A DNA stretch of 33,687 nucleotides from a virus. Taxonomy: Duplodnaviria; Caudoviricetes. The translations under genes were made by a program, and so were the position numbers. Position 1 is the first letter of the stretch, and the number at the start of each line of letters is the position of its first letter. The stretch is from the IMG/VR virus record IMGVR_UViG_3300032295_001370, positions 1 to 33,687 of that record; one strand, 5' to 3'. The notes beneath the pieces were generated by a model. The model had not been told where the DNA came from, searched no databases, and was given only the letters and a program-made list of their open reading frames with translations. Shown piece by piece: positions 18,523 to 26,758 of the stretch.

Positions 18523-18903
18523 ATGTCAGATTTGAAACGTCTTCCCGTTAAATACTTACGAGACTACATAAAAAAAGATTATAAAATACGTGATAAATGT
18601 TTTATATGCGGTTCTATTTCTGACTTAGAACTCCACCACCTATACAGTGTTAGTGAATTGTTCGAGAGATGGTGTATAAAGAATAAGATAAAGTCTGTTG
18701 ACTCTATAGATACTATGCTAACTTTGCGAGTCTCTTTTGCCGAAGATTGTAAGGAAGAATTAAGTAGCGAAAATCTGTATACACTATGTACGTCACATCA
18801 TAAACGATTACATTTTTTATTTGGTAAAAGCTACTCTAACTATACTGCTCTAAAAGTAAAAGACTGGCTTATCAAACAAAAAGATACTATGGAGATACAG
18901 TAA
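18523..18903 (+). CDS. HNH-type Zn-binding endonuclease (T5 nicking/packaging nuclease-like)
   Basis: CFICG...LELHH...TLC..HH..LH motif; lies between terL and portal as in T5-like phages. Confidence 0.75.
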   Translation: MSDLKRLPVKYLRDYIKKDYKIRDKCFICGSISDLELHHLYSVSELFERWCIKNKIKSVDSIDTMLTLRVSFAEDCKEELSSENLYTLCTSHHKRLHFLFGKSYSNYTALKVKDWLIKQKDTMEIQ

Positions 18904-20151
18904 ATGGCAAGAGGCCCACTAGGTTGGATTGTAGAGAAACTTAATCCGGTTCAGCCCTACATACAAAGTAGACAACCTTTTGCTATGCCTGAGTCTAATG
19001 TAGACTTTAGAGCTGCATACGATCAAATAGAAGTAGTACACCGCGCAGTAGACATGATTGTTAGCGCCTGTGTAGAAATACCTTTTGATATTGCTGGCGA
19101 AGGCCCTATTAAAAAAATAAACAAGCTACTTAACGACAGGCCTAATCCTTTTGAAGATAGAGTTAAGCTGTTAAGAAGAGCATACTTCGATTTACTAATG
19201 GATGGTAATGCTTTCTTTTACTATGATGGCACCCACGTATACGTTCTTCCAGCTAATGATGTTCAAGTTGTATCAGACCCAAAAACCTTTATTAAAGGGT
19301 ACACATTCTTAATTCATGGTGGCGGTCTTTCATCTTATAATTCTGGGCGACAGTCAAAAGAGACTGTGATAGAATTTGGCGCTAATGAAATAATTCACAT
19401 CAAAGAAGATAACGACGAAAGTATTTTTAGAGGCAAATCTAGAATAAAAAGCATCGGAAATATAATTAATATTTATAATGCTCTATTAAAGTTTCAACGT
19501 CAATTCTTTAAGAATAACGCAGTACCTGGAGTAGTATTAACTACAGAAGCTGTTTTAAATACTAAAATAAAAGAAAGACTACTTCAAAGCTGGAGAAATT
19601 CTTACGCTACTATATTTGAAGGCGCTAGAAGTCCTGCTATTTTAGATGGTGGTCTTAAGATTGATAAGTTTAGCGAAATAAACTTTCAAAGTTTAGATTT
19701 CGAAGCAAGCATAGAAAGACTTGAACAAGATATGGCCAAAGCAATTGGCGTACCTTATGTGCTAATGAAAAGCGGTAATAACGCTAATATAGCAGCTAAT
19801 CAAGTTTTATTTTATGAGCATACCGTACTTCCTATAGTACTTATGTTTGCCAGTGCTTTTGCACACTACTTTAACTCTGTTAGAATAAATCCAGATAGAA
19901 CTGTAATTACTGCCTTACAACCAGACTTGAGAACTCAAAGTCAATATTATGTAAGTTTAGTTAACGCAGGTATTATATCAGCTGATGAAGCAAGATTAAA
20001 ACTTGGATTTAGTACTTTAAATACACCAGAAACTTCTAATATCAGAGTACCACAAAACATAACTGGAAGCGCTGTTCAACCTGATACAGGCGGTAGACCT
20101 ACTAATGAAGAAGTAGATACACTACCTGAAGACAGTGTTTCTATTAACTAA
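18904..20151 (+). CDS. Portal protein (HK97 family)
   Basis: L...PNP, LL.DGNAF, EIIH, FFKN.A.PG..L, A.A.GVP and G.IS.DEAR motifs; position after terL. Confidence 0.93.
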   Translation: MARGPLGWIVEKLNPVQPYIQSRQPFAMPESNVDFRAAYDQIEVVHRAVDMIVSACVEIPFDIAGEGPIKKINKLLNDRPNPFEDRVKLLRRAYFDLLMDGNAFFYYDGTHVYVLPANDVQVVSDPKTFIKGYTFLIHGGGLSSYNSGRQSKETVIEFGANEIIHIKEDNDESIFRGKSRIKSIGNIINIYNALLKFQRQFFKNNAVPGVVLTTEAVLNTKIKERLLQSWRNSYATIFEGARSPAILDGGLKIDKFSEINFQSLDFEASIERLEQDMAKAIGVPYVLMKSGNNANIAANQVLFYEHTVLPIVLMFASAFAHYFNSVRINPDRTVITALQPDLRTQSQYYVSLVNAGIISADEARLKLGFSTLNTPETSNIRVPQNITGSAVQPDTGGRPTNEEVDTLPEDSVSIN

Positions 20152-20164
20152 GGAGCAAGCAAAT

Positions 20165-22717
20165 ATGGATAAAACATTTTTTATCACTACAGATGACATT
20201 CAAAAGAGTGCCAAAAGTGGTGACAAAACTTTAAGAATTGCTGGCTACGCTAATACAACTAGTAAAGATAGATCTGGAGATATTGTACTACCAGAAGCTT
20301 GGGCTAAAGGTGTAGAAAACTTCCGCAGAAATCCTATTTTACTTTATCAGCACGATCACGGTAAACCTATCGGTAGAGTTAGTGCTGTTACAGTAGATAA
20401 AAAAGGTATTTTTGTTGAAGCTAGTATTAGTGAGGCTGCAGAACGTCAACACGGAGTTAAAACTCTTATTAATGATGGCGTGTTAAAAAGTTTTAGTGTT
20501 GGTTTCAGAATTAAGGATGCTAAATACGATAAATTAGCTGATACTTTCTATATCAAAGATGTAGAGCTATTAGAAATTTCTGTAGTTAGTGTTCCTGCAA
20601 ACCAAAATTCTTTATTTTCTGTACGCAAAACTTTTGAAGATGAAGCAGACTATGCTAAATTCAAAGACCAATTTGCAGATGATAATAAAGCCTCAGTAGC
20701 TGAAGTTACTGAAATCAAAGCCGCAGAAGAAGAAGCTGAAGAAGAGACTACTTTCGTAGAATCAGATCCAATGAAGCCAATTCCTTTTGTAAATCTTTTA
20801 AATGCAGACACGTCTAAAATCACAACTAAATCTTTTGTAGTTATTGATAAAGTTCGTTATAAAACTTCAGAAATTGCTACTGCAGAGAGCCCAGAATTTA
20901 CTTTTGAAGAGTGTGATATATCAGGAAATCTAACTGGAAAAGCTATTAAAGTACCAGCTATCGATATCACTGTTATTAATGCTTGGGATCTTGAAAAAGA
21001 ATACGATATACTATTAAATATTACTAAAACACAAACACTAAACGACGAAGAGAAAGTTAGATTAATTAGTAAGTTTAAAACTCTTATTAATTCAAATGAG
21101 CTAGATCTTATTCAATTAAAGAATGATTCCGAACTAGCCTCAAATGCAAAGCTACAAAGAGCTTTAAATGATTCTATCAATCTCATGAGTCAAAATTATA
21201 CTGAATGGAATGACTCTCATTTCAACTTAGCTTACAAAAGCTGTATGGTTATTGAGACGCTAAAGCAGATTCCGGCGGATAGTAACAGGGATCTAATGCT
21301 AAAAGTATATGGCCATAATATACAAAAAACTCTAGAGGAGAAAAGAACTATGACTACTGAAAATGTAGGTGAACCAATGAAGATCGATACAAAATCTACT
21401 GCAACTGAATCAGTTGCTAGAGTATCAGAACCTCGCGTAGCCCAACTAGTTGAAAAAGCTGGTGAGGCTATCATCAAAGCAGAAGCTGCTGAGTATAGAG
21501 CTCAAGAAACAAATTCTGCCCCAGATCCTCGCGTTATGGAAGAACTAGCTGAACTTAAAGGTCAACTAAAAGCTTATCGCGAGCAAGTAGGTGCAATGCA
21601 AACAAGCAAGATGCACTATCAGGAAAGCACTAGAACTAATGCTCAGTTCTCTGACGCAGAAAAGTCTAATGCAGTATTCCTAGCACGTGCGCTAAACAAG
21701 CGTGACATGTTTGACACCAGACTAGGTGATCGTATGAAAGCTGTTCTAACTGACGGCAATCTAAACGAAGCATTTAGCACTAATGTGTACAACGAAATGC
21801 AACAACAACTAGTTATTGCCCCAATGTTTAACCGCATTGATGTAAATAGCAAAGACTTCCGTATTCCAGTAGCAGACGAAGACGGTTCAGATTTCGTAGC
21901 ACAATTCCCAAGCGGTTCATTCGCAGCAGGAGTAAGTGATACAACTACTGTACCAACATCTCGTCAAGCTCAAATTGGTGCCGTAACTCTAAGCCCTAAA
22001 AAGTTCATGGTTGCAACACACATTGCCAAAGACGAAGAAGAAGATACAATTCTTCCACTTATCGACTTCCTACGCCAAGCTGCTACTCGTCGCTTAGCTC
22101 GTGGTATTGATAAAGCTCTTCTACGTGGTAACGGTTCTCTAAGCGCATTCTCTGCTTCTAACACTCTAACTGCAGCTGGTGCATATCCATCTGTTATTAA
22201 GGGTCTTGTAGAGCATGCTGCTGCTGTTAATGCTCTAGTTACAAAAACTGGAACAACCATTGACAAAGCAGATCCAGGCGATATCGCAAGAGCACGCCTA
22301 ACTCTAGGTAAGTACGGTCTATCTCTAGGCTCTAACCTAGCTTATGTTACTTCTGTAGAAGGTTATAACAACCTAGTAACTAATACTGATTTCCAAACTG
22401 TAGATAAGTTCGGTTCTCAAGCTACTTACCTAACTGGTAGCGTAGGTGCCGTATACGGTATTCCAATTTTCATCTCTGAATTTATGGATACTGCTTCTGC
22501 AGCCGACTCTAACGTAGGTCTTCTAGTTTACAAGCCAGGATTCATTATCGGTGAGCGTCGTTCAATGGAAATTGAAAGTGAATACCTACCACAACAACAA
22601 GTAACTGCAATGTACCTAAGCACTCGTATGGACTTCCAAGCCCTAACAACTGTTTCACAGGCTGCACTAAGTGCTCGTTATTCTTACGCAGGTCTAATTA
22701 CTACTGCAAGCTCATAA
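20165..22717 (+). CDS. Prohead protease (S78/HK97-type) fused through an unknown domain to the major capsid protein
   Basis: Start moved to ATG 20165 (AGGAG SD at 20151-20155). Protease motifs IAGYA, DRSGDIV, LLYQHD..PIG, SFSVGF, LLEISVVSVPAN; C-terminal HK97-fold motifs; no stop codon between the parts. Confidence 0.9.
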   Translation: MDKTFFITTDDIQKSAKSGDKTLRIAGYANTTSKDRSGDIVLPEAWAKGVENFRRNPILLYQHDHGKPIGRVSAVTVDKKGIFVEASISEAAERQHGVKTLINDGVLKSFSVGFRIKDAKYDKLADTFYIKDVELLEISVVSVPANQNSLFSVRKTFEDEADYAKFKDQFADDNKASVAEVTEIKAAEEEAEEETTFVESDPMKPIPFVNLLNADTSKITTKSFVVIDKVRYKTSEIATAESPEFTFEECDISGNLTGKAIKVPAIDITVINAWDLEKEYDILLNITKTQTLNDEEKVRLISKFKTLINSNELDLIQLKNDSELASNAKLQRALNDSINLMSQNYTEWNDSHFNLAYKSCMVIETLKQIPADSNRDLMLKVYGHNIQKTLEEKRTMTTENVGEPMKIDTKSTATESVARVSEPRVAQLVEKAGEAIIKAEAAEYRAQETNSAPDPRVMEELAELKGQLKAYREQVGAMQTSKMHYQESTRTNAQFSDAEKSNAVFLARALNKRDMFDTRLGDRMKAVLTDGNLNEAFSTNVYNEMQQQLVIAPMFNRIDVNSKDFRIPVADEDGSDFVAQFPSGSFAAGVSDTTTVPTSRQAQIGAVTLSPKKFMVATHIAKDEEEDTILPLIDFLRQAATRRLARGIDKALLRGNGSLSAFSASNTLTAAGAYPSVIKGLVEHAAAVNALVTKTGTTIDKADPGDIARARLTLGKYGLSLGSNLAYVTSVEGYNNLVTNTDFQTVDKFGSQATYLTGSVGAVYGIPIFISEFMDTASAADSNVGLLVYKPGFIIGERRSMEIESEYLPQQQVTAMYLSTRMDFQALTTVSQAALSARYSYAGLITTASS
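21350..22717 (+). CDS. Major capsid protein from a putative internal in-frame start (455 aa)
   Basis: GAGGAG at 21335-21340, 9 nt before in-frame ATG 21350. Coiled-coil scaffold-like N-terminus, then HK97-fold motifs (IDKALLRGNG, G.VYGIPI..S). Confidence 0.65.
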   Translation: MTTENVGEPMKIDTKSTATESVARVSEPRVAQLVEKAGEAIIKAEAAEYRAQETNSAPDPRVMEELAELKGQLKAYREQVGAMQTSKMHYQESTRTNAQFSDAEKSNAVFLARALNKRDMFDTRLGDRMKAVLTDGNLNEAFSTNVYNEMQQQLVIAPMFNRIDVNSKDFRIPVADEDGSDFVAQFPSGSFAAGVSDTTTVPTSRQAQIGAVTLSPKKFMVATHIAKDEEEDTILPLIDFLRQAATRRLARGIDKALLRGNGSLSAFSASNTLTAAGAYPSVIKGLVEHAAAVNALVTKTGTTIDKADPGDIARARLTLGKYGLSLGSNLAYVTSVEGYNNLVTNTDFQTVDKFGSQATYLTGSVGAVYGIPIFISEFMDTASAADSNVGLLVYKPGFIIGERRSMEIESEYLPQQQVTAMYLSTRMDFQALTTVSQAALSARYSYAGLITTASS

Positions 22718-22749
22718 TATACAATGTATATAATACGCTAATAAAAGGT

Positions 22750-22777
22750 GGGGGAGGGCTGAGCCCTCCCCCTATTT
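22750..22777 (+). terminator. Intrinsic terminator-like hairpin after the capsid gene
   Basis: GGGGGAGGGC-TGA-GCCCTCCCCC 10-bp stem followed by TATTT (weak U tract). Confidence 0.8.
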
Positions 22778-22792
22778 ACTATCAAGGTACTC

Positions 22793-23509
22793 ATGCTTAA
22801 ACATCATATATGCCATATTCATTGCTTAGACCATCCTAGTGTCTTTAAAGTAGTGTCTTACGCTTCTAAACATAAAAAACTATTTAATGGAGTAAAAATT
22901 GCTACTCTAATAAAAGTAACTCCAGAATCTGATATATACGAAAGAGTGTATTCTATATTAACAAAACTAGGCTATGAAATTGTTACAGTACAGAATACGC
23001 CTCTTAGAGAAGTTGGTCACTTTTTTAATACTAGCTTACCTATATTATTGTCTAAAACATCTGAAGGAGTAGTTTACTATAATCATTCTAAGGGTATCTC
23101 ATATCATCCTGATTCAGAAGATGGCATAGCTACAGGTTTATGGACAGATGTGTTGTATCATTATACATTAGATTGCGCGGACAAATTTCCATTCGAAGAT
23201 AAACGATACAAAACTTTTGGGTCTTGTATAATCAAGAATAAAAACTTTCTAGAGCCAAAAAAACTGGGCGAAGAGTATAGCTACCTAGGAACATTCTTCT
23301 GGGTTAAAGTAGAAGATTTAGCTGATAAAAAGTTTAATCCTGAGCTTTCTGTGTTTTATCTAGAAGCACTGCCTGGATTAGTTAGTAAGGTTCCGCAAGC
23401 TTTTAACTTAGGGCCAGTATTTAGTAAACTTGAAAGCCCCTATAAGTTAGAATCTTGGGAGAAGAAAGGTATAAATCGTGGATTTCCAAACAAAAATAAT
23501 GCTAATTGA
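22793..23509 (+). CDS. Hypothetical protein, possibly glycosyltransferase-like (238 aa)
   Basis: YYNHSKG and Y.GTFFW motifs recall glycan-related hypothetical proteins of large viruses; composition is non-structural. Confidence 0.4.
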   Translation: MLKHHICHIHCLDHPSVFKVVSYASKHKKLFNGVKIATLIKVTPESDIYERVYSILTKLGYEIVTVQNTPLREVGHFFNTSLPILLSKTSEGVVYYNHSKGISYHPDSEDGIATGLWTDVLYHYTLDCADKFPFEDKRYKTFGSCIIKNKNFLEPKKLGEEYSYLGTFFWVKVEDLADKKFNPELSVFYLEALPGLVSKVPQAFNLGPVFSKLESPYKLESWEKKGINRGFPNKNNAN

Positions 23510-23762
23510 AATGGCTAGAATACAATATATTACTTTTGACATAGAGTTTAGAGAATATATATCTACTGGCAACTCTTTTAGCGGAGCTTATAACTTTTTT
23601 AGCTTAGAAGATGTGGAAGCTCATAAGGAAAAGTCTGAACGCTATAAACAGGTAGAAGCCTGGAATATAAAACATGCAAGCTTTAGAGATGCGTCACCAA
23701 TAAGACTTACTACGCATTCTATAGTAAAAGATTTGGAGAAATTAGATGGCGAACTTAGTTAG
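23478..23762 (+). CDS. Hypothetical protein (up to 94 aa; start uncertain)
   Basis: Fills the gap between neighbouring genes with short overlaps; no recognisable motif. Confidence 0.5.
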   Translation: MDFQTKIMLIEMARIQYITFDIEFREYISTGNSFSGAYNFFSLEDVEAHKEKSERYKQVEAWNIKHASFRDASPIRLTTHSIVKDLEKLDGELS

Positions 23763-25014
23763 TTTAGCAGAAATAAAAGACTTTTTAGTAATAAAAGTTA
23801 TTAACACAGACGAAGATGGTCGTTTAGCTAATATTGCTACTCAAGTTAGCTCTCTAGTGGAGTCTTATTGTGGTAGAGTATTTGCAGCTAATAATTATAC
23901 AGAATATTTTGATGGTGGTATTTCCTCAGTATTTGTAGCTTATCCACCCCTAAATAGAGTAGACGAAGTATCACATTTTGATGGTAAAGACTATGTAATA
24001 TTAGGCGGGCCAGGAGTTAATGGTGAGCCTATAATAACAGATGGCACTTCTCATAGCATTACTAATGTAGGAAATCCAGTATTAAGCACTCGCGTTAAAA
24101 AGTTTAATAGATCTAGCTTACGTCTAGACGGTAGTAGTTATGTGCAAACAGATTCTACAGAAGATTGGAACTTCGGAGTCGATCCTTTTACTATAGAGAC
24201 CCAGGTTAGACTTGACAATGTTGCTACCTCACATACTATAGCTTCTAGTGGTTTAGTCGCTAATAATAATCACTGGCAGTTTGAGATAAATGCTGTGACA
24301 GGTGCACAGTTTAGGGTCATAGAAAATAACGTTGTAAAAATAAATGTTTCTCAAGGGTCTAATACAGGATATAGTGCTAATCAATTTTATCATATGGCAG
24401 TTGTTAGAGACGATACTACCATTAAAATATATAGAAATGGGACTAGCATAGCCTCATTAACTACTGCTAACTCAATACCTAATTTTAACAATGGTATATT
24501 TATTGGTAGCGGCGCTAGTAGTTTAACAGGATACCTAGACGATTTTAAAATTAGTCATATAGCAGAGTATACTTCTAACTTTACTGCTCCTACATACCCG
24601 ACTAGAATAGATGAAAATACTAAACTAATGCTACGTTTTGATGGAGCTAATAATACAAATGTAATAGCTGACGTATCTAGACGAGTTAATCAGTTTAGCT
24701 TTTATCCTGTTACGGGCGAAATAACATTTAATACTGGCAACGGAGGAGGAACTGAAGCGCTTGGATTCTTTAGACCTCTTAAGTTTTATAACTATCCTAA
24801 AGGAGTTAAAGTTACTTATAATGGCGGATTCACTACAATACCTAGTGATCTAAAGCTAGCTACCCTTGAAATGATAAAAGTTATATATAAAGGTAGATCA
24901 GGTAGTGAGAGTGTTAGAATGCAGGGCGAAGATATTAGTAGCCATAAGCTTTCACTAGACGGATTCCCACCACAAGTCAGAAGAGTTTTAAATCTCTATA
25001 GGTTGATCGAGTAA
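23746..25014 (+). CDS. Head-tail adaptor (gp6/gp15, T5 p144-like) with an inserted LamG/ConA-like domain
   Basis: N-terminal LVSLAEIKDFL...D..L...VESYCGR.F and C-terminal V.Y.GGF..IP.DLKLA adaptor motifs flank FTIE..VR, HMAVVR..IKIYRNG and GYLDDFKIS. Confidence 0.8.
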   Translation: MANLVSLAEIKDFLVIKVINTDEDGRLANIATQVSSLVESYCGRVFAANNYTEYFDGGISSVFVAYPPLNRVDEVSHFDGKDYVILGGPGVNGEPIITDGTSHSITNVGNPVLSTRVKKFNRSSLRLDGSSYVQTDSTEDWNFGVDPFTIETQVRLDNVATSHTIASSGLVANNNHWQFEINAVTGAQFRVIENNVVKINVSQGSNTGYSANQFYHMAVVRDDTTIKIYRNGTSIASLTTANSIPNFNNGIFIGSGASSLTGYLDDFKISHIAEYTSNFTAPTYPTRIDENTKLMLRFDGANNTNVIADVSRRVNQFSFYPVTGEITFNTGNGGGTEALGFFRPLKFYNYPKGVKVTYNGGFTTIPSDLKLATLEMIKVIYKGRSGSESVRMQGEDISSHKLSLDGFPPQVRRVLNLYRLIE

Positions 25015-26237
25015 TGTCTAATATTAGATTATCGGTACTTTCATTTAATAAAAATCCTGCGTTATTACGTGTTTACCAATCTTACATAGAAGCTGCTGAT
25101 GAAACATCTAGAAATAGACTACAACAAAAACTCGAACGAGTAATAGGCGATAAACTATATGGGGCAAAAAAAGTAGCAGGAAATCCAAGACTAATTCCAG
25201 ACTGGTATATCGATCAAAGCGATGCCGCTCTAGAAATTACTAACAAACTTGGAATATTTGAAAGAGACGCTAAATCAGGTATACTAGAAATTGAAGCTAA
25301 ACTTCAAAGAAGACTTACAGAATCTAGAACTACTACTACTATCGGTTCAGGAGTCTTAAATAATAGTATTATAAATGAGATACTACAAAATAAAGGGCAA
25401 GTAACTACAAACAACGTAGAACAAAAGGTATTTAGGCAATTACGAAGAATTAAATCTGGTACCAATCTATTTAATTTCTTAGCTAAAAACGCAGTCTCTA
25501 CTATACACGAACCCGCTTATCAAAAATCAAAAAACTTAACTATTTTATCTAAAACATCTGGCAGCTTATTAGCATATCAAATATATTTTCCAAGATCTAA
25601 GTTTAAAGCTCCTATTTTTGGTAGCTCTATTGGCAGTGATGGAACCATTAGTTACTTTTTACAAACTAGCTTTGAGAAACAACTTGTAGCAGCAGCTTCT
25701 AAAGCTATGATGGCTGTTGATGCAGATATCATACGTGAGCAGCAAGAGCTTGCTAAAACTATAAAACCTACAGATATTAGCTTTAGCAAACCAGCTAAAG
25801 GTAGAAAATCTAAACCAACTGAAACTATTGATATGATATACTACTCTACAAATAGCATCCCTATGTCTAGAGGTATCCCTAAAGCGTCTATCAATCTTCG
25901 ATTGCCCGCAGACATTGAAGATAAAGACTTTGATACACCTAGAGATTCAGTAATTGATGTTACAAGAGCAGTACAAGCTAAAGTAAGAAATAGGATGAGA
26001 CGTGGAGCAGGTAAACCACGCCCTCCAAAACTATATGAACGCACTGGTACTTTTAGAGGAAGTATTCGTGCCCATTTTGTTGAACGTCAAAATACTGTAG
26101 ACTACTCATATATACCTTATTACGATAGGCTAGAACGTTCCGGCTATCAGGTTAACAGATTAGTGGAAGATTCTATTAGATCGGTAGTTCAAGCCAAGTT
26201 TAAACAACAGGCAACAACTAGAAGAATAAATCTTTAA
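25014..26237 (+). CDS. Tail completion/neck protein (T5 p143-like position), 407 aa
   Basis: Basic protein; C-terminal LYERTGTFRGS...Y.Y..Y..LE...L.E.SIR; synteny. Confidence 0.55.
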   Translation: MSNIRLSVLSFNKNPALLRVYQSYIEAADETSRNRLQQKLERVIGDKLYGAKKVAGNPRLIPDWYIDQSDAALEITNKLGIFERDAKSGILEIEAKLQRRLTESRTTTTIGSGVLNNSIINEILQNKGQVTTNNVEQKVFRQLRRIKSGTNLFNFLAKNAVSTIHEPAYQKSKNLTILSKTSGSLLAYQIYFPRSKFKAPIFGSSIGSDGTISYFLQTSFEKQLVAAASKAMMAVDADIIREQQELAKTIKPTDISFSKPAKGRKSKPTETIDMIYYSTNSIPMSRGIPKASINLRLPADIEDKDFDTPRDSVIDVTRAVQAKVRNRMRRGAGKPRPPKLYERTGTFRGSIRAHFVERQNTVDYSYIPYYDRLERSGYQVNRLVEDSIRSVVQAKFKQQATTRRINL

Positions 26238-26248
26238 AAAATTAAAAT

Positions 26249-26277
26249 TTGCCAATTATAGTTCTGCGTGCTATACT
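26249..26277 (+). promoter_or_regulatory. Sigma70-type promoter with extended -10, upstream of the tail operon
   Basis: TTGCCA (26249-26254), 17 nt spacer, TATACT (26272-26277) preceded by TGn; A-tract upstream. Confidence 0.75.
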
Positions 26278-26294
26278 TAAGAAAGAATAGAGAG

Positions 26295-26744
26295 ATGTCC
26301 AATCGTTCCGATATAAATGACTTTATCGTAAGCCAATTACGAAATATAAACGGTAGAACGTCTCCGTACGATTCTACATACAATTTTAAGACGTCTTTAC
26401 ATGAAAATGTATACAGAGGAATTCGATTCTTAGATGAGATAAACGATTTCCCTTCTATATATGTATCTACAGGACGAGAAGTAAGAAAATTTAATACTCA
26501 AGGAAACGTTGAGGCTAGGGTAGAGACAACATTACGTTGTTACTTGTATGGCGATGATACAGTTAATCAAATTAACGATCTGATCCAAGACATAGAGCAC
26601 GTTATATATAATTTAAAGTTTCAACCATCTCTACGTGTATTTGATGTTAGCATTACTACAGCTTTAACAGACTCTGGTTTGCTAGTACCATACGGAATGG
26701 CCGAGATATTTCTTAGTACTCGTTTTGAAATTTTTAAAATCTAA
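26295..26744 (+). CDS. Tail terminator protein (T5 p142-like)
   Basis: Start moved to ATG 26295 because GTG 26268 lies inside the promoter. NVYRG..FLDEINDFP.IY, DIEHVI and TD.GL..PYG.AEI motifs; directly precedes the tail tube gene. Confidence 0.75.
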   Translation: MSNRSDINDFIVSQLRNINGRTSPYDSTYNFKTSLHENVYRGIRFLDEINDFPSIYVSTGREVRKFNTQGNVEARVETTLRCYLYGDDTVNQINDLIQDIEHVIYNLKFQPSLRVFDVSITTALTDSGLLVPYGMAEIFLSTRFEIFKI

Positions 26745-26758
26745 AGGAGAAAGCTAAA

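Noticed and set aside
17152-22717. Intein or intron in terL or in the long protease-capsid ORF
   Set aside because: TerL has a normal compact length, and I see no intein splice motifs or LAGLIDADG signature in the inter-domain segment.
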